A program made the position numbers and the translations under genes. A DNA stretch of 63,051 nucleotides, the filler included, from Octopus bimaculoides (Eukaryota), in the NCBI RefSeq assembly GCF_001194135.2. It is 7 parts of 7 records of this genome, joined end to end, with 100 filler letters (N's around TTAATTAATTAA, not from the genome) between each part and the next. Parts side by side here need not be neighbours in the genome. Positions count along the whole stretch, not along the records: positions 1 to 24,922 come from NC_068994.1; 6 more parts are not named here. One strand, 5' to 3'. This document shows positions 1-12,095 of the stretch, piece by piece (position 1 is the stretch's first letter; each line of letters begins with the position of its first letter). Below the pieces are notes generated by a model, which saw nothing but the letters and a program-made list of their open reading frames with translations, had not been told where the DNA came from and made no database searches.

Positions 1-379
1 CGGAGCAAAAACAGGCGGGCGAGACCAGTGAAAATTATAAATACCTCGGTTATCTGTAGACCATAGTTTCAAAATCAACACTTTCTAATGAAAGTATCTA
101 TTTATCATCAGTACAAATTGCCGATATTATTATAATCGAACAGAATCTCATGCTAGTTGTTTCCCACCTATAGTCCTTTTAGGATCTCGGAAAATTTTTT
201 TCTGAACCTTCTGATTCTTTTTAATGTGCTGGTTTCCTGGTATTAAATTGATATTAATTAATATCGAATTTTTACCCTATTAAGTTATATATATATATAT
301 ATATATATATAACTTAATATGGTAAAAATTCGATATTAATTAACTATCTATCTATCTATCTATCTATATGAATATCTAT

Positions 380-530
380 GCTGTGGTGTGTTGTAAAATG
401 TTACCTTCCCAGTCAAATGTTTCCAAGTTCAGTCCCACTTTTGGCACCTTAGGTGTCTTCTACTATAGTCATGGACTGACCAAAGCCTTATGTGTGGATT
501 TGGTAGACAGAAACTGGAAGAAGCCTGTTC
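380..530 (+). mobile_element. tRNA-derived SINE (family A), 5' half, diverged
   Basis: Matches the head/body shared by copies at 8340, 35208 and 58016 (…gttcagtcccact…ggcaccttaggtgtcttctactatag…gtggatttggtagacagaaactg). Confidence 0.75.
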
Positions 531-534
531 TGCC

Positions 535-805
535 GAACTGGTTCTTGTGCAGGTGGCATGTAAAATACACCATCTTGAGCGTGGCTGTTGCCAGTACCTC
601 CTGACTGGCTTTCATGCCGGTGGCACATAAAAGCACCTACTACACTCGGAGTGGTTGGCGTTAGGAAGGGCATCCAGCTGTAGAAACTCTGCCAAATCAG
701 ATTGGAGCCTGGTGTAGCCATCTGGTTTCACCAGTCCTCAGTCAAATCGTCCAACCCATGCTAGCATGGAAAGCGGACGTTAAACAACGACGATGATGAT
801 GATGA
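535..805 (+). mobile_element. RTE LINE 3' tail repeat ending in (GAT)n
   Basis: gttaggaagggcatccagctgtagaaac…ccaacccatgctagcatggaaagcggacgttaaac+(gat)n; the same tail follows the RTE ORF at 19390-19745. Confidence 0.8.
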
Positions 806-1748
806 TACATATATATATATCGTTTTTTTTTAGAAAAACATAAAAACAAAGAAGCACACTCTAAGAAATTGAGCAATCTATATTTATCACTGGTGAAGGC
901 CTGTTTATATCCNNNNNNNNNNNNNNNNNNNNNNNNNNNNNNNNNNNNNNNNNNNNNNNNNNNNNNNNNNNNNNNNNNNNNNNNNNNNNNNNNNNNNNNN
1001 NNNNNNNNNNNNNNNNNNNNNNNNNNNNNNNNNNNNNNNNNNNNNNNNNNNNNNNNNNNNNNNNNNNNNNNNNNNNNNNNNNNNNNNNNNNNNNNNNNNN
1101 NNNNNNNNNNNNNNNNNNNNNNNNNNNNNNNNNNNNNNNNNNNNNNNNNNNNNNNNNNNNNNNNNNNNNNNNNNNNNNNNNNNNNNNNNNNNNNNNNNNN
1201 NNNNNNNNNNNNNNNNNNNNNNNNNNNNNNNNNNNNNNNNNNNNNNNNNNNNNNNNNNNNNNNNNNNNNNNNNNNNNNNNNNNNNNNNNNNNNNNNNNNN
1301 NNNNNNNNNNNNNNNNNNNNNNNNNNNNNNNNNNNNNNNNNNNNNNNNNNNNNNNNNNNNNNNNNNNNNNNNNNNNNNNNNNNNNNNNNNNNNNNNNNNN
1401 NNNNNNNNNNNNNNNNNNNNNNNNNNNNNNNNNNNNNNNNNNNNNNNNNNNNNNNNNNNNNNNNNNNNNNNNNNNNNNNNNNNNNNNNNNNNNNNNNNNN
1501 NNNNNNNNNNNNNNNNNNNNNNNNNNNNNNNNNNNNNNNNNNNNNNNNNNNNNNNNNNNNNNNNNNNNNNNNNNNNNNNNNNNNNNNNNNNNNNNNNNNN
1601 NNNNNNNNNNNNNNNNNNNNNNNNNNNNNNNNNNNNNNNNNNNNNNNNNNNNNNNAGTACCAGGCTTAAAAATAAAAGCTGGGATCAATTTATTCACCTA
1701 AAAATTCTCAAAGGCAGTGCTTCAGCATGGTCCTAATTTAACAACTGG

Positions 1749-1798
<50 letters not shown>

Positions 1799-1952
1799 TA
1801 GTGTAATATAATGTTCCTTTGAAGACCCATTGTGAATCTGCATCCAAATGCACTTTGAATAGCCACTCCAGAAGATGCAAATAGCCACAATAGGGAAACA
1901 TACATAGGGAACAAATGGTAGAGACTATGTCGTGTGTTTATCATATTTTTAC

Positions 1953-2087
1953 CTACATTTGCTCTGTATAATCTTAACTGGTAATACCACTTAGTAGTGA
2001 AGTAATCACACCACTTTACTGGAAGAAAACTGGAATATGATACTTTATGTGGAGTTCTAAATTCACCAGTAGCAGTCATACATCTAA
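1953..2087 (-). CDS. Candidate internal exon of an unidentified minus-strand gene
   Basis: AG acceptor (cctgtgtatacag) and GT donor (G|gtaaaa) bound 135 nt, phase 1-1, open: xRCMTATGEFRTPHKVSYSSFLPVKWCDYFTTKWYYQLRLYRANV. No family recognised. Confidence 0.25.
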
Positions 2088-2341
2088 CTGTATACACAGG
2101 AAATACTATATGTGTATGTGTGTGTGTGTGTGTACATAAGAAACATTTTTTTATATTAAATTTATATTAAAAACATGAGAATTTTCAAGTTTGTGTTTTT
2201 TTTTAATTAAGGATTTTTCTTATTTCATTCACAGTTTTTTTTTTTTTATATTTGGTTTGGAAACACTGACTGTCTTAAATCTATTTAACTGACATTTCAA
2301 GACCCTCACAATCTGACTTTCAAATTAAACTGTTGTATAAC

Positions 2342-2513
2342 CATAGCGAGGGACATTCCACAGTTGATTTAGAACAGTCACAAACAGTGAAAGAAGACAT
2401 GCACCCAACACCAGAGCTGAAGACACCTCCGAAAGGGGGTGGCCCCGCCACGTCAAAACGGTAGAGGAGTAGGGGCCGAAACCGGACGTGGTTCCTCCTG
2501 ATGATGTCTTCAG
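2342..2513 (-). CDS. Candidate exon, phase-compatible with 1953-2087
   Basis: GC-richer island, open frame LKTSSGGTTSGFGPYSSTVLTWRGHPLSEVSSALVLGACLLSLFVTVLNQLWNVPRY with a hydrophobic stretch; weak splice sites (ttag|CTG, G|gttata). Confidence 0.2.
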
Positions 2514-2554
2514 CTAACTGGATCCTATAAAGGAGCTGTTGTGGTAGCAGACCA

Positions 2555-2730
2555 CGAAACATGGTTGAAATTCCTCGTTGGCATTAGGAAAAGCATCCAG
2601 CTGCAGAAACCAAACAAAAACAGACAACTAGAGCTTGATGCAGCTTCCGGCTTACCAACTTCAGTAAAACCACCTAACTCATGCCAGCATGGAAAATGGA
2701 TGTTAAATGATGAGGATAAGGATGATGATT
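2555..2730 (+). mobile_element. RTE LINE 3' tail fragment
   Basis: cattaggaaaagcatccagctgcag…catgccagcatggaaaatggatgttaaatgatgaggat, same family as 535-805. Confidence 0.7.
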
Positions 2731-4765
2731 GGCATATAGTTTGAGCGTTCCTTGGTGAGACACAAAGGAAATAATTTCATAATGAAAAATAATTTTATAA
2801 TGTTAAGGGTACAATTTGGTAGATTTCATGAATGCATGATATATTTTTAAATGTGAAGTCTTCTTAATTCTTCATATCCATGTGGAACATAGAGTACTGA
2901 CAAGAGATCTGCACAAGTCACGATATCTGGTATTGAATTGCAGTTGGTCCCTGGTGTAGCTGCTTGTCTTTGTCTTAGTTTATGTGGACTTTCTCCATGT
3001 TGTTTTGAGTTTGCCATGTTTATGTATCCCTTGGAATGTTAATCAAAGGACTTGACTTGAATACTGGAAACAGATTTATGTAGGGTGTGTCTCAGTCAGC
3101 CCCATTTACTCCTCAGGATTTCAATTTATATTTGTAAAATCTCCATAGTTATTCTCATTTTCTAATGAAATTCTATACAAAATGCAGTGATGTTAATTTT
3201 AATTTTTATACTGTATTACAATGAGCTGCAGCAGCTCCATGGAATAAATGGATCTGCTACCAATGATTAAGCGTGAATGTCTATTGTAACAGTCTGAACC
3301 ATGAAGTTTACAACTTTTATGTTTACATTACAATTTGTATATTTCTTTGGTTGGCTGACATACATCATCTGGTTTACTAGATTGTAGGTTTGTATTGAAA
3401 AGGAGATATTTTTTTAGCATTCTGGAATATTTCAACTATGAGCTTGTTGTTACATGTGCTACAGGTTGTGTTCTGTTTTATAAGTCTTTTAAATGATATA
3501 TTTGCAACAAGACTGTTGACTGAATCCTAAACTCCAACTTACTTATAAGATGTTGAACTTGAGATCACTGTGTTCAGATGAGAAAATAATTATAAATACC
3601 AAACAGAATCTTGTCAAGGATTGATGATGTCAGCAGGCAACCAATCATGTCAGGTCCCTGGTAAACATATCTAAGCTAAAATAGAAGGCACCTGCCCCAG
3701 AACTATGTGGTTAGGAAGCAAACTTCTTACTACACAGCCACACCCGCACCTATTGTTTTACCACACAACCATAAAGTCAGTCAATATATATGTAAGACTT
3801 TCATTGTGACACACATATTATCAAAGCTATAATATTAACTTGGTAAGAATAATTTAGATAGAAACACATGTATGCATACACATGCACATCACTCAAGCAT
3901 TCAAACACACACACACACACACACACACACATGCATACATGCACACACTTATGCATACACACATATAGCAGATCTCTGCCCAAATTGATTTGTTGTTTCC
4001 TAATCAAGAAATTTGTAATAAACAACTGAGCACCATTAAAAAGCTTGATGACATCAGTCAAAACATAACCAGTAAAGCTTTTGAAATACTGATGACATCA
4101 GCAATAAACTGACCAATTAAAGTTTCTGAATGCAAATCAGTCATACATGATATAAGCTTCCTCGTCAAGGTACCAAAAAGAAAGACAGAAACAAATACAG
4201 GCTAGCATTCATACCCGTGGCTATTTGCCTATCGGCTGTTTGTTTTGATAGAAAGATTGATCAAAAATGAAGTTCTGCAGCATACATTAACTTTGCTAAA
4301 GTACTAACTTAAAAAAAACTAAAAATTAAAGTAGATGGCATTAAAATTTTAATCACTCTCTTTGCCTTGTTAACAAACCTAGTACACATTTATACACTAG
4401 CACGCGCACACACATAATGGCACGCACACACACACATGCGTGGGCATGCACACACACACACACACTTTCTCTTACTATCTTTCTGTCTCTCTCGTGCAAT
4501 TCCCCACCTCTCTCTCTCATCCTCTCTTTTAATTTCTTAGTGGAGCAACACAGATATATATATACTCACATTGTGAACTGAACTTAACTGTTATTCTCTG
4601 TCTAAACATCACTCTATGAAAAGAACGTTCCTTTCTTTCTTTGTTGTTTTTAGTCAGACCGTTGCATCTAATATAAACCCTTTTATCAATGAATAAATTT
4701 TCTGCAGATTTTAAAACATCAACTTCTTTCTCCCACTTTCTTTTCATTACATTCTCAAAGCTATC

Positions 4766-5605
4766 TATGAGAGTGGGCTGAAAAGTTCATGAGCTAACGA
4801 TGAAGGAGTGATGCTAGAACTATGAAATCTTGCCTGCATTAATTTCAACTCTTCTTCCATTGAGTCTTTCCTGATACACTGACATCTGGCTGTTCAAAGA
4901 AGATTTCAAAAGTAACTAGTGGCGACTTCTTTTGGAAATGGACAACATTTAGCATTGTGAGGTTATCAAATGCCTGCAGAAAGAAGATTTAGTTCCCAAC
5001 AACATTCATGCTGACATGGTTGTTACATTAGGAGATGATGTACCAGCTTTATCATCAGCACAAAAGTGGGCAGCTGAATTGAGGAGAGGAAGGGAGAGTT
5101 TTGAAGATGACCTAAGATCTGGATGTCTTGCAACTGTCACCACCGATGAAGACATCGATCATGTGCACCGATGAAGACATCGATCATGTATGACAAGCAA
5201 TTGACCATAAATCTAATAGCTAATGTTATTAGCATATGCTGTGTGAGAGTTGAGAACATTCTGCGCAATGAACTTGATATGATGAAGGTTGCTGCTCAGT
5301 GGGTGACACATTTCATACCTAAGCAAAAACATACCAGGCTGAACACATCATGGGAAAATCTGACAATGTTTGAAGCAGATCCAGTTGGTTTCCTTGAACA
5401 TTTCCTAAGCCATAGAACCAGAGACAAAGAGACAATTCATGCAGTGGAAATACCCCTCCTCACCTGCTCCAAAGAAAGCTAGCCTCATTTCATATGCAGG
5501 GAAGGTAATGTCCCAAGTTTTTGGGGATGAAAAAGGCATTGTGCTTACTGACTATCTTCAAAAGGGCCACACCATCACTGGAGAATACTATGTCAACTTG
5601 CAGAG
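4766..5605 (+). mobile_element. mariner transposon, 3'-truncated and decayed
   Basis: TA plus TIR-like tgagagtgggctgaaaagttc; frameshifted transposase pieces (…QKWAAELRRGRESFEDD.RSG, AQWVTH, AGKVM…DEKGIVLTDYLQKGHTITGEYY). Confidence 0.85.
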
Positions 5606-6006
5606 GCTATATAGTAATAATGATAACAATAATCTTTGGATGGAGTTTATAAACATTTAATGCATCGCTATGCATGTTTCCATACATCATATTTCCCTTA
5701 AGATCACAGTCCATATTCCAAGGATGATTACAGTGCAGTCTGTAGTATCCGTGGGCAATGGGTTGATCATCTTCATGGATTCATTTCTTCAGGCGATATA
5801 ACATCAATTGATGTACAACAGGGGAATGTTTATCCCTTTTCACCAGTATGGTGAATTATGTGTGTAGTTCTGTGTGTATTTGATGGGGAGGAGGGGAAGG
5901 TGATGGAAAGAAAGGAAGGGATGGTAAGTTATATGAGGATGGAGGTGTGTGGTTGTGTTGGATTTATTTTTGCTATTCATTCAGCAAGTGTCAAGGATGG
6001 GTAGTA

Positions 6007-6257
6007 CAGTAATCCCTCACCATATTGCAGTTCATCTATCATGGTTTACCTCTCATGGTTCACCTATTGCAGTTTATTGTTTAAGCTTACGTCGATTCCT
6101 CCACGGTGTTGTTTTGCATTTATAATAAAATAAATCTATACAAATTATAAGAATAATAAAAAAACACATACAGTACAGTACTGTTTCTACTTCATGGATT
6201 TTCACCTATCACAGAGGGTTTTGCAACATAACACCCACGATAGTCGAGGGATTATTG
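6007..6257. mobile_element. pogo/Tigger-type MITE
   Basis: TA-CAGTAATCCCTC … GAGGGATTATTG-TA terminal inverted repeats; related copies at 32984 and 55841. Confidence 0.8.
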
Positions 6258-6519
6258 TACATTCTTTTGTTTGAAGGCATGACTATTTTCAATAGATTCT
6301 GAAGTCAACAGGTCATCTGGTACTGTCACTACAATTCAGTCAAAACTGAATTGAGGTTTATTAACTGAATTGACAAATGATACCTTTATAAGGTGACCTT
6401 TTCATTGTTTCTAGTGGTATAGAGCAAAGCATCCTGCATATTGGTTGATTTCTTTATTTGTTTGCATTTCTTCCTTGTTCTATAATTGATTATTTCATTT
6501 CAAAATATATATACTGTAA

Positions 6520-6800
6520 ACACGCGTGACTTAGTGGTTAGGGTGTTGCTCTCACTAGATCACTAGATCATGATTTCAGTTCCTAGACTGGGTGGTGCAT
6601 TGTGTTCTTGAGAAAAATGCTTCATCTCATATTGCTTGGTGATCACTTTGACATCTGGTGTGTGGTACACTGTTCACCTGTTCAGGAGGGAAGTGAGCTA
6701 ATGTGCAGCACAAACATTTGATCACTATAAACAAATCATTTGTGTAGGTCATTCAGCAAAAACTGAACACTCATACATCATCTTCAACAGGCGAGTTCAC
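6520..6800 (+). mobile_element. tRNA-derived SINE, diverged
   Basis: A-box-like gtgacttagtggttagggtg and B-box-like gatttcagttcct head followed by a SINE-type body. Confidence 0.55.
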
Positions 6801-7034
6801 ACACACACACACCCAAGTAGTTAGGGTAAATCCCAGCTGTTTCCTTTTGAAGTACATCTGCTTATTTCACTATTACAATCAATATGTATCCATAGTTACT
6901 GTTGTATGTTAATCAAAATATTAAAATTAAGAATTATGGAAATATTATTTGTAGAGTTATTATATAACAAAACAGGAAGTTGGAAATTTTGGGGTATTAT
7001 TTATTCTCTGTTACATGCGTTTCATTTGCTAATA

Positions 7035-7612
7035 GGAATTACAAAGATTTACATACGTTATTTACATTATTTATATTTGATGGTTATTTGTCCTCATTTC
7101 GGCTGATATACTCTCCAGCCTTCTTCAGGTGTTCTCTTTACTCTTTTACTTGTTTTCAGTGATTTGACTGTGGCCATGCTGGAGCACCGCCTCTAGTCGA
7201 GCAAATCGACCCCAGGACTTATTCTTTGTAAGCCTAGTACTTATTTTATCGATCTCTTTTGCCGAACCGCTAAGTTACAGGGACGTAAACACACCAGCAT
7301 CGGTTGTCAAGCAATATTGAGAGGGGGGACACAGACACACAAACATACACACACACACACACATACATATATATACATATATATGAAGGGCTTTCAGTTT
7401 CCGTCTACCAAATCCACTCACAAGGTTTTGGTCAGCCCAAGGCTATAGTAGAAGACACTTGCCCAAGGCCCCACACAGTGGGATTGAACTTGGAACCATG
7501 TGATGTGGTTTGTAAGCAAGCTACTTACCACACAGCCAATCCTATGCCTGTCCTGGGGGAAATTTCAAACCTGGGTTCTCATTCCTAAGGTACTTTTCGA
7601 TGTTTTTATTAT
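7035..7612 (-). mobile_element. Penelope-like terminal-repeat fragment interrupted by a SINE
   Basis: Reverse complement of 7911-8062 motifs; contains hammerhead core CTGAAGA-stemII-GAAA (7097-7128); continues after the SINE at 7553 (ggggaaatttcaaacctgggttctcattcctaagg). Confidence 0.65.
7136..7545 (-). mobile_element. tRNA-derived SINE family A, full length
   Basis: Head ggctgtgtggtaagtagcttgctta…, internal CA/TA microsatellite, 3' body …gcatggccacagtcaaatcactgaaaacaagtaaaagag. Confidence 0.9.
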
Positions 7613-7625
7613 TATTATTATATTA

Positions 7626-7705
7626 TTCAGGTCACTGCCTGGAATCAAACTTAGAATCTTGGAGTTAGTAGCCCGCGCTCTTAACCACTACGCCACATGC
7701 CCACG
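7626..7705 (-). mobile_element. tRNA-like SINE head
   Basis: Minus strand reads ggcgtagtggttaagagcgcgggctactaactccaagattctaagtttgattccaggcagtgacctga+(ata)n, with A/B-box-like motifs. Confidence 0.55.
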
Positions 7706-7805
7706 GGCTATTATGGAGTGAATTTTAGGGCTTATAAATCTAATATTTTTTGCTATCCTTCCTTAATACTGGTTCCCGTATTCTACTCATATCTGCACTC
7801 AGTCT

Positions 7806-7910
7806 GCTTAGGAGGTTATTATGTCCTAGCATATGTGCTGCTTCTTTTTGTTTTCATATTTTCCAGAGAAAGAAGCAGCACATATACTAGGACACAATAA
7901 CCTCCTAAGC
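7806..7910. repeat. 42-bp inverted repeat (fold-back), 21-nt loop
   Basis: 7806-7847 is the reverse complement of 7869-7910 with 2 mismatches. Confidence 0.95.
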
Positions 7911-8062
7911 ATTGAAAAATACCTTAGGAATGAGAAGGCTGGAGAGTATATCAGCCGAAACATTGTGTTAACAACAAACAAGATGAGGACAAATATCAGT
8001 CAAATGTAAATAATGTAAATAATGTACATAATTCCTCATCTCTCAAATATAGAAAGATTTAC
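7911..8062 (+). mobile_element. Penelope-like terminal-repeat fragment
   Basis: ggctggagagtatatcagccgaaacattgtgttaacaacaaacaagatgaggacaaata…; inverted relative to 7035-7612. Confidence 0.65.
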
Positions 8063-8213
8063 ATGTTACATAGACTTTCTCTGTCTGGTGAATTTCTTGT
8101 TGGAAATTCCTAACATGCCTATATAACATGTAAATCTTTGTAATTACTATTAGCAAATGAAACATGTGTAATGGAGAATAAATAATAATTTCCATTTTTC
8201 TGTTTTGTTATTC

Positions 8214-8250
<37 letters not shown>

Positions 8251-8339
8251 GACTAATATAACATGAGGATGGAGGATAACAGTAGATCACAATAGTTTCT
8301 GCACTGCTCACCAGCTTTAAGTTGCTGAGTTTATATTCA

Positions 8340-8885
8340 GGAGTGGCTGTGTGGTAAGTACCTTGCTTACCAACCACATGGTTCTGGGTTCAGTCCCACT
8401 GCGTGGCACCTTGGGCAAGTGTCTTCTACTATAGCCTTGGGCCGACCAAAGCCATGTGAGTGGATTTGGTAGACGGAAACTGAAAGAAGCCTGTCGTAGA
8501 TATGTATATATATNNNNNNNNNNNNNNNNNNNNNNNNNNNNNNNNNNNNNNNNNNNNNNNNNNNNNNNNNNNNNNNNNNNNNNNNNNNNNNNNNNNNNNN
8601 NNNNNNNNNNNNNNNNNNNNNNNNNNNNNNNNNNNNNNNNNNNNNNNNNNNNNNNNNNNNNNNNNNNNNNNTATATATGTATGTGTGTTTGTGTGTCTGT
8701 GTTTGTCCCCCCACCATCGCTTGACAACTGATGCTGGTGTGTTTACGTCCCCGTAACTTAGTGATTCGGCAAAAAGAAACTGATAGAATAAGTTTTAGGC
8801 TTACAAAGAATAAGTCCTGGGGTCGATTTGCTCGACTAAAGGTGGTGCTCCAGCATGGCCACAGTCAAATGACTGAAACACGTAA
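8340..8885 (+). mobile_element. tRNA-derived SINE family A (gap inside its microsatellite)
   Basis: ggagtggctgtgtggtaag (A box) … gggttcagtccc (B box); full 3' body. Confidence 0.9.
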
Positions 8886-9221
8886 AAGAGATACCGTTAT
8901 AGAAGATCATTCTTTACAATTATTATATAGTTAAATACTTTTCAGCCACAGCCATGTGTGAGCATTTCATTAGGTGGAATATGATTAATTCCTGCAGAAT
9001 TTTCCTGAATACTCTGGGTTTATAATGTATATTTCTTTCAACCAATCAAATTATCAGGTTCCAGGGTACACAAGCATAAATATGTAAGATATATTACAAT
9101 AATGCCGCCAACAACAATAACAACAACAGAGACAAGACAACCTTCGAGGTGCTCAAACTATTAATAAAAAAGAAAAAAATATATAAAAAAATTAATCTTA
9201 TTTGAGTGATAGTGGTATCAC

Positions 9222-9224
<3 letters not shown>

Positions 9225-9258
<34 letters not shown>

Positions 9259-9515
9259 GTTTAACCTCTGTTTTCCATGCTGGCATGGGTTGGACAGTTC
9301 GACCGGGGTCTGGGAAGCCAGGAGGCTGCACCAGGTTCCAGTCTGATCTGGCAGTGTTTCTACAGCTGGATGCCCTTCCTAATGCCAACCACTCTGTGAG
9401 TGTAGTGGGTGCTTTTTACGTGCCACCGGCACAGGGGCCAGAGTAGGCTGGCAATGGCCACGATCGGTTGGTGCTTTTTGCATGCCACCAGCACGGAAGC
9501 CAGTCAAGGCAGCGA
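9225..9515 (-). mobile_element. RTE LINE 3' tail
   Basis: (cat)n-cgtttaacctctgttttccatgctggcatgggttggac…ggatgcccttcctaatgcc. Confidence 0.8.
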
Positions 9516-10320
9516 GAAACTGAAAACGACTTTTAACAAATATTGAATGAAGTGTGTCAAGAGAAATATAACATTTTATTTTATTTCTCTTAACATGCTA
9601 CATTTAATACTTAGAAAAAGTCGTTTGCAGTTTCTTCTTATATTTTGATTTTGTCTTTTTTTAAAATAAGATTAATTTTGTTATATTTTTTTTTATCTCT
9701 TTTATTAATAATCACTGGTGGCAGAAGTGCCCATTTCTTATTCTGGAAAAGTACCAGTGAAATTGATATCTATATACATATAATATAAATAATAAATTAT
9801 TAAAAATATCATATATCAAAGATACAACATTCTTATCATAGTATTAATTGTGATTCTTTCAGGTGCACATGTGCATGTGAATAAAAACAATGAGACAATA
9901 TCAAGTCCCATTCTTTTAGTTAATGTTGAAGACAAGTATCGTCATTATTGATAATTTAAACAAAACATTCCAAATCGGAATTTGTAATGTAATAGTCATT
10001 GTATCTGCCTTTGTAGTAAGTGGCCATTTCTAAGAAGTTGAATTTGTGGGGAAAAGAAAGGATGTATCATGCATTGTTGCATATTGAGGAAAAGAGTTTT
10101 TCTGTAATTGTCATTTGGATGGCAATGTAGGAACTGGTTTTAGTTTGGTTTCCCAATCAATATCATGCAAAGTCATTGGTAGTAATTGTGCATGCGGTGA
10201 GGGGAGGAACCTCCTGGAAGTGATTCATGTATGATTATTGTATCATTAAAATCACATGCATCGGATGCCATACCATGTAATATTCAAGATTGTACAGGCT
10301 GGTCTGGATTGGATCTTATA

Positions 10321-10603
10321 TCCTTTATCTTTTACTTGTCTCAGTCATTAGACTGTAGCCATGCTAGGGCACCACCTTGGTGAATTTTAGTCTAATGAAT
10401 TGACCCCAGTACTTACTATTTTTAAGTCTGGTACTTATTCTATTAATCACTTTTGCTGAGCTGCTGAGTTACAGGGATGTAAATACACCAACATCGGCTG
10501 CCTGTAGTGGAAGACACTCGTCAAAGGTCTCATGCAGTGGCACTGAACCCAGAACAATGTGGTTGGGAAGCAAGCTTCTTACCACACAGCCACGTATGCG
10601 TAC
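10321..10603 (-). mobile_element. SINE family A, internally deleted
   Basis: Head (accacacagccac) and 3' body present; central microsatellite segment missing. Confidence 0.8.
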
Positions 10604-10650
10604 TTGATGTTCTTCTAGAGTGAACCAAAGCTGGATTCATGTTGAATAAA

Positions 10651-12023
10651 TCACTTGGATATTTTTGGTTTCTTGCCAGTCATGTAAATTTCAAAGTATT
10701 TGTTTTCTTCATACTTGATGATGTGCTCTCTGCATATTGTTATCCACATTAGTTGGTTCAATTCTAATTTTAACCTATTCTTGAAGGCTTAACATTGATC
10801 TAATCATTTTGTCGTAATGCATTCTGTTCATGATTGTGCTTTTTCATTAATGATTGTGTCCCATGGTTCTCTACAATCAGCGGACAAATATGTCTTATGT
10901 TGAAGGTGCTTGATGTTAACAGGTATGGGTGGCCCTTCGAGAATGCATTTTGCCTCTTCTATATTGTTGTTAGTAAACCACATCTCTTCTGTGATGATGA
11001 AGACTTTAGTGGCACAGCTGCCAAAAGTAAAGTTATCTGCAGCCTGCTATTGCATTCTTCTGCAATTCATGAGGCCATTCTTGATGCTTCTTAAAATGTA
11101 ACTATTTCCATGGTTGCTGGGTTCTTTGATATGTAGTCTGTTTTCCATGAGAGGTATATTAGGCAAATCTCAAATGTACCATGTAAGAATTTATTTAATG
11201 GGAAATATTCGAACCATGTTGAGAGATGTCTATACATCCAAGTAAGTGTTTGTCATCAACACAAATTTTTCTTTTTTCCTTCTCATATTTGCTTCCATGT
11301 TGTCATTATTCTCATCTCTGTGAATATTGATGAATGCTTGTTGAATGATGTTGATTAGATTGTTCGCTGATTTGTATATATGTTCCCCTTGTTTTCTGAA
11401 GGATATCGTTTATGTATGTCTTCAGCACTTGTTCATTATTGTTTTTATAAAGTTGAACTGCTGACCACAGACAGTATCATGTTGCTTTATGGCTATTTCT
11501 TTCTGCAGCTTTTGCTGCTATTTGTACTTTATGTCTGTTAAATAGCTTAAGAACATTTTCTGAGTAGCTGTTGTGATGTTGTTCTGTGCAATCACTCATC
11601 TTTTATAGACTTGGATTCAGTATTTAATTCTGGGTTGAAAGTGACAATATCATAGCATGTGTTAGGTCTGTTTTTCAACAAAGTCGTGAGTTTGATGAAG
11701 CTGCAGTTGTTACTCGAGTGCATAGTGTACCAGGTGATGATGTGAAAGTGAGGAATATCATTACAATGTTTTATCTTGCTTGATCTTCATTCTTGAAATA
11801 TTAAGGTGGAAGGATTTTGGCAAAGATTGCTCAGCAAGTATTTGTGTGTGTCTCTATGTCTGTAGCTTAAGACTTTGTCTGGTGAGTTGAGATATTCTTT
11901 TGACACACAAATGTACTTGTCATTTGTATCAAAGCTTGAACTCCGAGTGTAAGCTGTGATGTTGTTGCTGTTTTCTTTGAAGGCAGTGTTGAATTCACTT
12001 CTCATGCGTCTGTACTCTTCCAT
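10651..12023 (-). pseudogene. NS1: Parvovirus NS1/Rep (HUH endonuclease + SF3 helicase) pseudogene
   Basis: ATG 12023; LIFQE*…NDIPHFHIITW (HFH 11750-11742, in frame with the ATG); Tyr motif MFLSYLTDIK; eroded Walker A EPSNHGNS (11124-11101, two single-base changes from GPSNHGKS); Walker B FIITEE (11001-10984); B' AKCILEG…VNIKH (10953-10906); TGA 10653-10651. Confidence 0.9.
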
Positions 12024-12056
12024 CACTGGCAGCTGACTGTTGTATCAGTTCTTATA
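12024..12056 (-). promoter_or_regulatory. Putative NS promoter (TATA + initiator)
   Basis: TATAAG 12056-12051; CCAGT initiator-like A at 12027, 29 nt downstream; ATG at 12023. Confidence 0.5.
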
Positions 12057-12095
12057 ATAAAATTTTCGATTCCATTTGCTAACTTCTTGATTGTG

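Noticed and set aside
861-1697. Long ORFs spanning N-runs (also near 25480, 31582, 33285, 38658, 42003, 52812, 60522)
   Set aside because: Open only because X codons contain no stop.
1990-2030. LPVKW…TTK resembling tyrosine-kinase subdomain VIII
   Set aside because: MAPE and DVW motifs are absent; probably coincidence.
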